Shown here: piece by piece, positions 53,677 through 64,000 of the stretch | Position numbering within the stretch: position 1 is the stretch's first letter | Layout of the letters: each line of letters begins with the position of its first letter | DNA from: Euprymna scolopes | Lineage: Eukaryota | Length of the DNA: 64,000 nt | NCBI GenBank assembly: GCA_053919585.1 | Contig: CM132791.1 | Direction: 5' to 3' (one strand) | Made by a program: the position numbers and the translations under genes | The notes under the pieces: model-generated | Databases searched by the model: none | What the model saw: only the letters and a program-made list of their open reading frames with translations | Told to the model about the DNA's origin: nothing

Positions 53677-54521
53677 ATGTATGTGTGTATGTATGTATGT
53701 TTGTATATCTGCCTAATACTTTAGACAGAGGCGACGGATCTTCATGAAATTGGTAGCATTTTAAAGCGCAACCCTTCTGAAGACTGTTATCTAATAATTG
53801 GCTGCAAACATTAATGTCTACACATTTAACTGAGCACTTTTCTACAGTGTCGCTTTTGTTCGTCGATATTTTCGAAGATCGTCCACTCTTTTCGATTGAC
53901 TAGCGTTAATTTTAACCTACGTCAATTTAAACTAGGATGGGCGCAATGCAATGATGGCACGTTTATTTCACGTCCTTTTCCCCCTTCACGGTACGGGTTC
54001 GGGCCTGCCTGCCTATTACCACTTTTTCTTTTTACTTAACACACACCTCCAAACACCCGGGCAACGCCGGGAACTAACGGTAGTCTATAATTTAACCTCA
54101 CCTGTCTGTTTAACTGTGTGTATGTATGTATGTATGTATGTGTGTATGTCTGCCTAAAACTTTAGACAGAGTCGACGGATTTTCACGATATCGGCATCGT
54201 TTTGAAGCACGCCCCTTCGGACGAGAAATATCAAAGAATTTTCCAAAAAACATAAATTTCGTCATCCTCAACTACGCACTTTTTTACCGAGAGAGCCGCG
54301 TTTTTGCCGTAATTTCCGGAAGTCATACACTCTTTTCGATTGACTAGCCTCAATTTATACATTCGACACTTCAGGTTTGGCGATGAGCGTCACAGCAATG
54401 AAGTAACTTTTTTTTATTTTCCTCGTCGCGATACGGGTTCAAGCCTGTCTATCTACTACCACACTATTTTTGCTGTACGCACACCTCCAAACACCCGGGC
54501 AACGCCGAGTAACCACGTTAG
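53677..54521 (+). mobile_element. Two head-to-tail non-autonomous Helitron-like elements (53677-54083 and 54084-54521)
   Basis: Colinear ~410-440 bp units with a (TGTA)n tract near the 5' end and subterminal hairpin cccgggcaacgccgg/ag (54056-54071, 54494-54509). CTAG-like ends (GTAG, TTAG); junction GTAG|TCTATAA. Confidence 0.75.
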
Positions 54522-56040
54522 CCATAATATATAATACACTTTATTAACGAGAAATGAATTTTAAATATTTTGATACTTTACCAATTGGTGTGATAAATGT
54601 TACTAGTGTTATTCCGCCGGTGTGTATAGCATATCATTTCTTTATTGTTATTTGAATGGCAGATAATCAATTGAGCTTCTATGTATGCCCCATTCCCTGC
54701 ATAATATGTGCGTACCTGAAACTACAACAAATGATAACACGATCCCTTACTATCAAGTTGTACCTAAACAAAATTAATTACTATGATCCAAAATTATTTT
54801 ATATAAATCTTACTCTGTGGATACAATTCCCAGAGATAATTTTCCGGCTGACTAAACCATAGTCTTTATACAGACTAACGAGAACAAATTTCCTTACATA
54901 ATCAAACAATGCCCACATTCAACTCTTATTGAAAAGCACAGTCTCCTCTTAAGTGCAACTTTGCATATGTTATATCTTATACTCGACTAACATTGCCTCC
55001 TCTAGTAAGAATTAGATAGTAATCCCATTTTATGGTCGATCTTTATTAAGTTTACATATAGCAACTAGCGCACATGATGGATAAGATATCGTCGTCATTT
55101 GCTTTATGATTTTAACGAATTATTATTTCATCCTCTTAATAGAATTCCGTCTTTGAAATGAAAGGTGTTTCTGAATTTTACGCATCTGATTCTCTTTATT
55201 TGATTTTTCTCTAGAAAAAATATCAAGTAGATTAGGCTGTTTTTATCGTACACAAGGAATATACCGCAACCAGTCTTGGTATTTTACTTGTGTTTTTTAT
55301 CTATGAATGAGAAAAAAGTTGAACCAAAAACATTCATTCTGCTTAAATTTGGTGTTCTAACGTAGAAAGATTCATATGTGGCTGTAGATAAGCTTTTGTA
55401 AAAGGATCGGTTCCGTATATACGCGTCCGCCATTAGTGCTTACCTCCAGAGGTTGTGGTGGAGTTTTGATTCAATAAATAGTCATGGTGCAGTTTTAGAA
55501 AGTGTCCGCCATTATCTTTCAGCAGTTTCGTTTCGTGAGCTTAATTAAGAGCCACTGTCTCATGTGTTTTACGATAGTTAATTAATAAAAAAAAACTCTT
55601 TTTTGGTGAATTTTCTACCATTGTCGGAGTGAATAAATGTTACTATATCATAAGTGGCCATTTCCGCAAAATATTTCTTAGCTAGGTGTCTTAAAGAAAT
55701 AAACAAATATTAACCCGGATTAGTTGTCTAAAAGTGTAATGCATAGGTGAAGTTTTTCTGCCCATCTTTTTCACGGGACCGTTAAAGTTACAATGCACCA
55801 GTGATAGGATCTGCATGGCCTTCTTCTTTGGCATCTTGTTTTGGTGCTTAGCCATTTTACCTTATGTATTAACGTCGCAGTTTGGGAACTTTCAAAGGTG
55901 TTTATACTTATTCCGTCAACCACTCTCGGCAACTTTTTGATATCTGGAAATAGACCCTCATGAGAAATCAATTAAAGGAATTATTTATTCAAAATCACAT
56001 CAGACTAAAATATCGTTAATATATTGAAAAAAAAGACTTC

Positions 56041-56471
56041 GAAAAAAGTATAAACTGAAACCTTTTGCCCCTGAACTTGTCACAGTTTGACTTTATATAA
56101 CTTTGTCTAAGCGTAGATATATATTAAACATTCTCTTGAGCAAGATGTTAAACGGCACCTATTTTGTCGTTACAAATACTTTTAATACACGAATGCGTAA
56201 CAAATGTTTAAACTTTTTCGAGTAAAAAGATAAATAGATAAATATTTAAAAAACATTCTGAAAAAAGTATAAACTGAAACCTTTTGCCTCTGAACTTGTC
56301 ACAGTTTGACTTTATATAATTTTGTCTAAGCGTAGATATATATTAAACATTCTCTTGAGCAAGATGTTAAACGGCACCAATTTTGTCGTTACAAACACTT
56401 TTAATACACGAATACGACACAAATGGTGAAACATTTTCGATATAAAAAATAAATAGATAAATATTAAAAAA
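56041..56471. repeat. Tandem duplication, 219-bp period, 2 units
   Basis: gaaaaaagtataaactgaaaccttttgcc... starts at both 56041 and 56260. Nearly identical in the first ~150 bp, more diverged in the remainder. Confidence 0.95.
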
Positions 56472-57254
56472 TGATCACTTTTTGAAAACTTTTTCTTTGT
56501 ATTTTTTACAAATATTTTTACATGCTTATTTTAAGCCGCGCATGAATTAAAATTGGATGTTTCTCCTGTTTTGTGCACAATATTCTTTCTAATTTGCCGA
56601 ACATATCTTTATGTTTTCCTTTTGCTTTGTTTCTTATTTTAATTAACAAACAAATAAAATAAATTAGCTTTATATGAATAAAAATGCGATGTATATTTAT
56701 ATATACGTATTTTAGAATGGGAATGCATAATTCAAATAAAAAATGATTTTAGTCTCCAATTCTCACCTATTTAGAGCATTATTTTTATTTATCCTGTACG
56801 ACAAATATATTTTTCTTTGACATTTAAACATATTTAAAATGTGATTATTTACATGATTAAATTGTAAGCTCTACATGTTACATTTACATTCTGTCAATTT
56901 CNNNNNNNNNNNNNNNNNNNNNNNNNNNNNNNNNNNNNNNNNNNNNNNNNNNNNNNNNNNNNNNNNNNNNNNNNNNNNNNNNNNNNNNNNNNNNNNNNNN
57001 NNNNNNNNNNNNNNNNNNNNNNNNNNNNNNNNNNNNNNNNNNNNNNNNNNNNNNNNNNNNNNNNNNNNNNNNNNNNNNNNNNNNNNNNNNNNNNNNNNNN
57101 NNNNNNNNNNACCATAAAATTAATATACGAAAGTATAGATTTATGTGTAAACTTTAAGTATTTTTTCAAGAGTGCTCAATACGTAGGAAGAGCTAGTTAG
57201 TAAATACTAATATATACTATATTTATATATGTATATATTACACACACACACACC

Positions 57255-57307
<53 letters not shown>

Positions 57308-58979
57308 AGAATTAATCAAGAACTGAAAGGTTTTTACCATTATATAAAAAATACGGGATGTTGCAATATCTTTGATTAATAATTGACTATTCTTCCTAAA
57401 AGTAGTGTGGTTCCTTTTTTAAACGATGGTAATAAGAACAGAAGAATCGTGCTGTTGTCAACGAATCAGAAACCAAATTTGCTTCATAATCAATGAACTT
57501 TTTAGCATTCCAGCACAAAATTATTTCGTGTCAACGAAGATGTTTACATCTTTGCGTGCGAAATATTAAAGGCATGCCCCTGTACAGAATAGCAGCCCAC
57601 TGACATTCCTCATATCGTGGACTTGTGTTAAATAGTTACCCATCGGAAACTTTTCTGAAATTAAACATGGCTCATACTGCATTTTAAATATTTAATAATA
57701 ATCAAAATACACAGTTTTTTAAAGTTGTTTTACTTTGCGGATAACCCTTTATATTGTACATTACATTTAAAAAATCACGGGCTGATTATATGGGTTTAAT
57801 ACATATGATTCACGAGCTATGTTATATATCAGCAACTTCTAATTCAATGCATCTAATTATTATAAACAGTTGTTTTTATTATTAAAACTGGCGTGTTATA
57901 AATTTACTATATATCGGTTGCTGTACTCCATATCGTTAAGGTTCGTATCTTGTATAAGTATTTTTAATAGACAACAGAATGCATGCAAACACAGCAGCTT
58001 GCTAACGCAGCACATAAGTTAGCATATCTACATGAGATCCTCTTTTTAAACAACGTCTGATTTAAGTAGGCTCTAGACATTCACCCACAAAAGTACTAAA
58101 TCACTTCCAAGCACAGAACCCCCGGTCTTCCTTATTATAAATCAATACGTCCCATTACGGCATAGCTATGTATAAGATGATTAAGCACGAGATTATGCAT
58201 ATTATTATCTAACGGGCTACACTTAAATATTTTAATGCTTGTGTTAAAGACGCGGTTTCACTCNNNNNNNNNNNNNNNNNNNNNNNNNNNNNNNNNNNNN
58301 NNNNNNNNNNNNNNNNNNNNNNNNNNNNNNNNNNNNNNNNNNNNNNNNNNNNNNNNNNNNNNNNNNNNNNNNNNNNNNNNNNNNNNNNNNNNNNNNNNNN
58401 NNNNNNNNNNNNNNNNNNGTAATATACCTAAGAGATATGAACACCTCTGTCATGCATAGTTTAGGATCACCCTTGGGCAAGCTGTAGTACCTGTTATCCT
58501 CTTTCTAATGTTTGATTGAGGGTCCATATACTGCTGAGCATATGCATGCATGATCGTTCAGCGTATAGAATATGTATTGTATAAGCACACATCACTATAC
58601 TCTATCGATGTTCAGATGCCTTGTAAATTGAAGTCATCTTTGTCCGTATATAAAAATACCTTTGACTATAATTGCATGGCGACGTAGGCAGACTTAACAA
58701 GCTGAAGCCTCTAGACATAATGCTGCACAAAGGTGGTAGAGTTTTATGTTAACATCGTTATTGTGCATCCAGTAATTCACAGGAGCTTATTACGCTGAAG
58801 ACATCTGTGTCCTGCTACCCTACATTGGAGTGCACTGCTTACCCAGAATTCTAGGAAGATGCTAGAAAAGTACATGAAAAATGTTTCTGTCATTCTTTAG
58901 CTTGCTAGTTTACTGCAGCTTACGGTTGTTGACCATAGTAGGGACAGGACAATGAGTATAAACATAAACGCATATGTTA

Positions 58980-59830
58980 ATGAACAGCTGACACCTGGCA
59001 GATTTCTAAACGGCTAGTAAGTAGGATAGATAACTACCTTGGTCTCTAAAGAGTCCAACGACTGAACATAGACTTGCATAGACGTGGCTTTCTGATGAGG
59101 ATCGTTTAATTAGAATGCAGTCTTGATGTATCATTCTCTGGACAGAAAAACGTAAAGGAAAAAAACATGAAGCGGGTCGGATTTGACATTCGCTCATCTC
59201 TATTGATAAAAGATGGCCCATTTAACATGAATGACCGTATAATAAAACTATGCGTATCTTTGTATGTGGTCGACACATTTCCACAGTCCCTGTCCCAACT
59301 TAATCAGTAAGTGACGATGTTGTCATGCAGTTCAATGGGTGTGTCGGCAACCCCTTATTACTATTCTAAAAGAAGGAAACATTATAGTCACTAAAAAGAC
59401 AATCACAAAGATGTATGCAGTGTCGCTGTGATATGTAGTGGTGTTTAGATCATTATAACAATAAGTGTGGCAAATTTAAGCTGCATGCCATTAACTAGAA
59501 TCGTATGTCGGGCACAACAATTCTAAAGCGAATTAATGTTACACATAGCTCACACATAGGCGAGAGCAACATAACGCTTTTGACAAAATCCATTTTGATT
59601 TCATCTTCTAGTAACAACAAAATGGCCTGGATGTTCTCGGTAAAAAGAGGAATTACGGTGATTGGTTTGATGAGAATTATGGGAACATCTGTAAACTGCC
59701 GGAAAACAAAAATAATTTTTTAAAGTTTCTTTTAGATCCAGACATGACAAACATATATGAAGTCGTGATCTCAAACAAAGCACACACGGCTGCCATTCAG
59801 CCTGAAATACGGTCCCGTATCTCAGAAACC
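58980..59830 (+). mobile_element. Decayed RTE-clade LINE, AP-endonuclease region
   Basis: Frameshifted RITTLVSKE..NID, TWLSDEDRLI, ILWTEKRKGKKHE, VGFDIRSSLL..NDRIIKL and AI..KYGP match RTE motifs RRTALVAREL, ETRL.DEG, FFWSG, GVGFAI, AIKAVYGP. Confidence 0.6.
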
Positions 59831-60187
59831 CAAGATACAGCTTCCCAACACAACTCGGAGAAACTCAGAAATGACTTCATATTATAATACAAAAACAAGT
59901 TCTACACTAGCTCACAAGGAGGAAATATACACAACAACAATAGATTGATGATGCATCATAACAGTAAAAGTTATAAGAAGATAAAATAGTGTGCTAAGAC
60001 TCAATTCCAAATAAATATATTCAAAATGTAAAATGCAAAACTACGAACACAATTTTGAAAACACAATTGAAACTCGTTGATAGGTGGTTGAAGTTAAACC
60101 TAGAATTTTATTTCTTTTTTACTGATTATTGTTACCTTTGCATTACAGACAAGTATTCTGCAAAAATTAAAACTACTTTTGTGCAAG

Positions 60188-60256
<69 letters not shown>

Positions 60257-60485
60257 GTAACAAAAGTAATTTCCCTTTGTGATATATTTGTATTAGCAGT
60301 GGAAACAGCTGGACACTTAATGCCTGCTCCAGGCTTGATTACAGAATAAACTAACACGCAAAGATCTATCAACGTTACCTATAACTATTTGCTATGCTAT
60401 TTTTCTATCTCCTTTTAACCTTTGTCTCTTTCTTCCTGTATAAGCGGTTTTAAAATTATATATATATATATATATACATATATAC

Positions 60486-60526
<41 letters not shown>

Positions 60527-61276
60527 CACACGTATATTTGTACGTTAGGGTATACAAGGGGATGTGTGCGTATGTACATAGAAATTATATGAGAGTAATC
60601 AAGGTTGGGTGTATTGGAAATGAATTATGTGAAATAAGAGAACAGAGGTAAATGTAAAAACGGATCAGATTTCAACAGGACAAGATTTATTATAATTTAC
60701 AAGAATATATTTGAAAAGATTTACAACTAAGCCTGCGAGCACATGGACAAATATTAACGCAGCAAGGCATATATAAGAATATTTATAATACACATGGAAA
60801 CATTTATCTGTATATATTACACACATGCGCGTATGCGTGCATGCACACAGAAAACCACATATAAAACGAGTGTATGTGTTTGTGAAGTTTTAGAGAGGCA
60901 AAAAATGGTAACGAAATAGAATATATGAAGAAAATATTTATTTCATCCTTCTAAGGCATTCGTTGTAAGAGGGTCTTCAAATAAAATTGTCGATTCCGTA
61001 TTCTTCTATTTATTTCACTGGTAGTATTTACCCTGTCTGTCTTTGAGGAGGTAGGAATTTACAAGTCTAGTTTTGTTTACAGTTTTTCTCAAACTGGAAT
61101 AATGGTGTCTGTTTGCGGAGTGCGTGGATATTCAATATCAGTAGTTTCGATGAATCTTTGAAAAAAGTTCAAAGGCAAAAGACCAAATAATGCAACGTAT
61201 TTATATATTTGAACCCGAGATATTCAGGAAATATTGTAATAATATTATTATAGAACTTCAACCACATGTACGAACA

Positions 61277-61480
61277 TACATCCGCACATTAATACAGAAA
61301 TAAGAATGTAATTAACTACAAATATAATGATACCTACACACACACACATATATATATATATGCATATATATATACATGTATATGCTTGTGTGTTTGTGTG
61401 TGTATGTATGTGTATACTTGTAGGTATCATTATATTTGTGTTTATTTACATTCGTATTTCTGTATTAATGTGTAGATGTA
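61277..61480. repeat. 62-bp inverted repeat around a (CA)n-(TA)n-(TG)n spacer
   Basis: 61277-61338 matches the reverse complement of 61419-61480 with about six mismatches. Confidence 0.9.
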
Positions 61481-61503
61481 GGTAGTGTCGACCACATACA
61501 GGG

Positions 61504-61583
<80 letters not shown>

Positions 61584-61890
61584 GTATGAGAATACTGGAA
61601 ATAGTATTCAGACGAGATAGAAAGATAAAAATGAAGAAACCGACATATATCGATAAACGGTTCGCTTTTATTGTAAGACTTCCTCTGAATGAACGAATTT
61701 AAGAAAATAAAATATCGGTAAATTATTTGAAAATGTGTTTTCTGTCAAGAACAATAAAAAGTCGTTGAAATATTTGCAATTATACTTCTGGTAAAAAGAT
61801 TGAGTTTGTGTTATTTAAGAAGGAATTGGTCGTGGAAATTTAGGTTATATAATTATAACATATACATACATGCATTTACATATATACATA

Positions 61891-61935
<45 letters not shown>

Positions 61936-61972
61936 GTACATATATTATTTACTATACTAATTCTTAAATACC

Positions 61973-62004
61973 TACAGATACTACTTTCGGGAATCATCAG
62001 TGCA
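61973..62004 (-). ncRNA. Degenerate hammerhead-like motif (stem II largely deleted)
   Basis: Minus strand tgca CTGATGA ttccc GAAA gtagta TC tgta. Stem I tgca/tgta and both core blocks are in order, but stem II cannot pair. Confidence 0.35.
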
Positions 62005-62246
62005 AGGTGTCACGATTTACGTCAGTCGAGAGATTGGTACGTCGGAAACAGAAGTCAGGTCTGGCTTCATTAGTATACTAAGTATACTAACAATTCGGCT
62101 ACCGTCAACCGCGAGAGATACAGTTCAAATTAAATATTTATTCTAATAAAATGTGTTTAACGTCAGTTAGAGTGTGATGTAATCATTATATAAGTATTAG
62201 CACGTATGATCTAAGTTGGCTGACTTTATTGCAACTGAAAGTGTTT

Positions 62247-62311
<65 letters not shown>

Positions 62312-63616
62312 TCATACATACATACATACAAACACAACAAATTAAACTATTTATTTACAGCCTCTAAACATTTTATCAAGTATCAAACTATTTTTAGCTG
62401 CCTTCAGAAATATCTGAATAATATCCTTATCATAAGCAGAGAAACAAACTACATTACATTTGTCTGATGTTTGGCGATTTCTACCGTGTGTTTCTATTGG
62501 ATTTGATTAACTTTGTGAATGAAAATCTTTTGTCAAAATCTCCACCCTCATGAACGCTTTATATTTAACTCAAGCGGCTGTATCTAATCCTTGTTTTGGA
62601 TCACTTTCCTATGGTTTACTTTTAGGCAATGACACTGGCAGACAACAAATTTGTTGTCTGTATAGTATTGAGATAATCTGAATCATATTAGTTTTGTTCA
62701 ATCTGGTCAGTGTTTTAGCTAGCGCCGCACACCATTTTTTACGATTTTGTTCTATGCATGTGTGAGGCAGTTTGGAAGAAGTTGGTCTCCTTTTTTTTGG
62801 ATTTTTTTTTTAATAACAAAAAGTATTCTGATCTGGTAGTTATGTGTGATTATTTTTTTGAAAAATTAAAGTCATAAAAATCTGGAACGTTCCAGAAGTT
62901 GGTGCCCAGCATCCACGAAGAACTACAAATGTCTGTGAGAGAAATTGGTACCTTTGGAATTTATGGGCAGATACAAAATACTCATACCCCGGCATATCAA
63001 GCACAGCTTAATCAACCATATCCCCCGGGCTATGGACATGGATATTGATTGATTCACTTCCTTGTCTCAAGCGTTTCCAGATTGACCATTGAGTTTAACA
63101 CATGCATTTTGTCGGCCCCTAAATATGTCAAGAGTTTAAAGACTCGTTTACTGAAGTAGGACTGGAAGTATAGAATGCAATGGTCCTGGGATTTAAACTA
63201 ACATGTTAACATTGAATGAAAAAAAAAAATGAAATTACAAATGATAAAAGAGCTTGGATGAGAAGAATTCTCCTATTTATGAATTATGGAAGAAGACAAA
63301 ATAAAAGAGGTAGGCATTAAGTAAATAACAATAAAAATACGTAAGAAACTACGTTGTCCCTTTTGAAACGCAAGCCCTATGGACTGTTAAAAAAAAGATT
63401 TTACAAGTGGATTGAGAAAATTGAGATTCCTTTAAATGCTTGTTTGTCTTCAGAAGACTAATTTATTTGGAACCGACAAAACATAACAAAATGTACTCGT
63501 AGCCGAGGAAAATAAAATGTTGATAACCAAAAACCATTAGTTCGCCCATCACTATAAAATCGAAAAAATATTACAGCGAATAGTGACAACAACAACTACA
63601 ACGCCAACAACAACAA

Positions 63617-63649
63617 TACTACTACTACTATTACTACTACTACTACTAC

Positions 63650-63687
<38 letters not shown>
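63617..63687. repeat. Palindromic microsatellite (ACT)n|(AGT)n
   Basis: The repeat switches strand at actagt (63648-63653), giving ~34-bp fold-back arms. Confidence 0.95.
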
Positions 63688-63711
63688 ATACTACCGATAA
63701 TAATAATAATG

Positions 63712-64000
63712 AATTGAAAACGAGAATCACAAAATCCTACGGGACATTGACATAAATACGGATAAACCCTTTCAAGCACGAAAACCGGATATCGCAGTCA
63801 TTAGCAAGAAGAAAATAGTCCTGCCAAATCGTAGACATTGTTGTTCCAGCTCACCACAGGATAAATATCAAATAAAAGGATAAACGGAGCAAATATATAG
63901 AGCTAGCCAGAGAGCTGAAAGGGACGTGGATGCTGAAAAAAATCAAGATAGTATCTATACTAGAAAAAATTCGAAACACTTTGGAAGAGAATGGGAGAAA
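63712..64000 (+). mobile_element. R4/Dong-type restriction-like endonuclease fragment, runs off the window
   Basis: ENENHKILRDIDINTDKPFQARKPDIAVI, then frameshifted CQIVDIVVPA and KYIELARELKGTW: the PD-x-D...KY..L pattern of RLE LINEs. Confidence 0.82.

Noticed and set aside
53355-53678. RTE 5'-UTR-like motif and (CAT)n tail; possible HDV-like ribozyme
   Set aside because: Could not assemble the nested double pseudoknot or define element boundaries by eye.

Overview
This is strongly AT-rich, repeat-dense animal (probably invertebrate) genomic DNA with many (TA)n microsatellites and 15 short N-runs. No complete host gene can be built with confidence, and most ORFs in the supplied track are microsatellite, N-run or antisense artefacts. 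Decayed transposons dominate: seven pieces of a CR1/Jockey-group LINE, two DD37E (TRT-type) Tc1/mariner copies, R4/Dong-type and RTE LINE fragments, a Gypsy gag-pol remnant, a head-to-tail non-autonomous Helitron pair and a MITE. The most notable signal is non-coding: four recognisable minimal type I hammerhead ribozyme motifs plus one degenerate. Three of the four sit just downstream of tRNA-like Pol III heads, in two unrelated families: a 283-nt tandem retrozyme-like dimer (31.66-32.07 kb, minus strand) and a SINE-like element (44.5-44.77 kb, plus strand). Also present are a near-perfect 322-bp inverted repeat, smaller fold-backs centred on microsatellites, and weak exon-like remnants resembling C-type lectin domains on the minus strand. 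All calls were made by eye, so family assignments need database confirmation.
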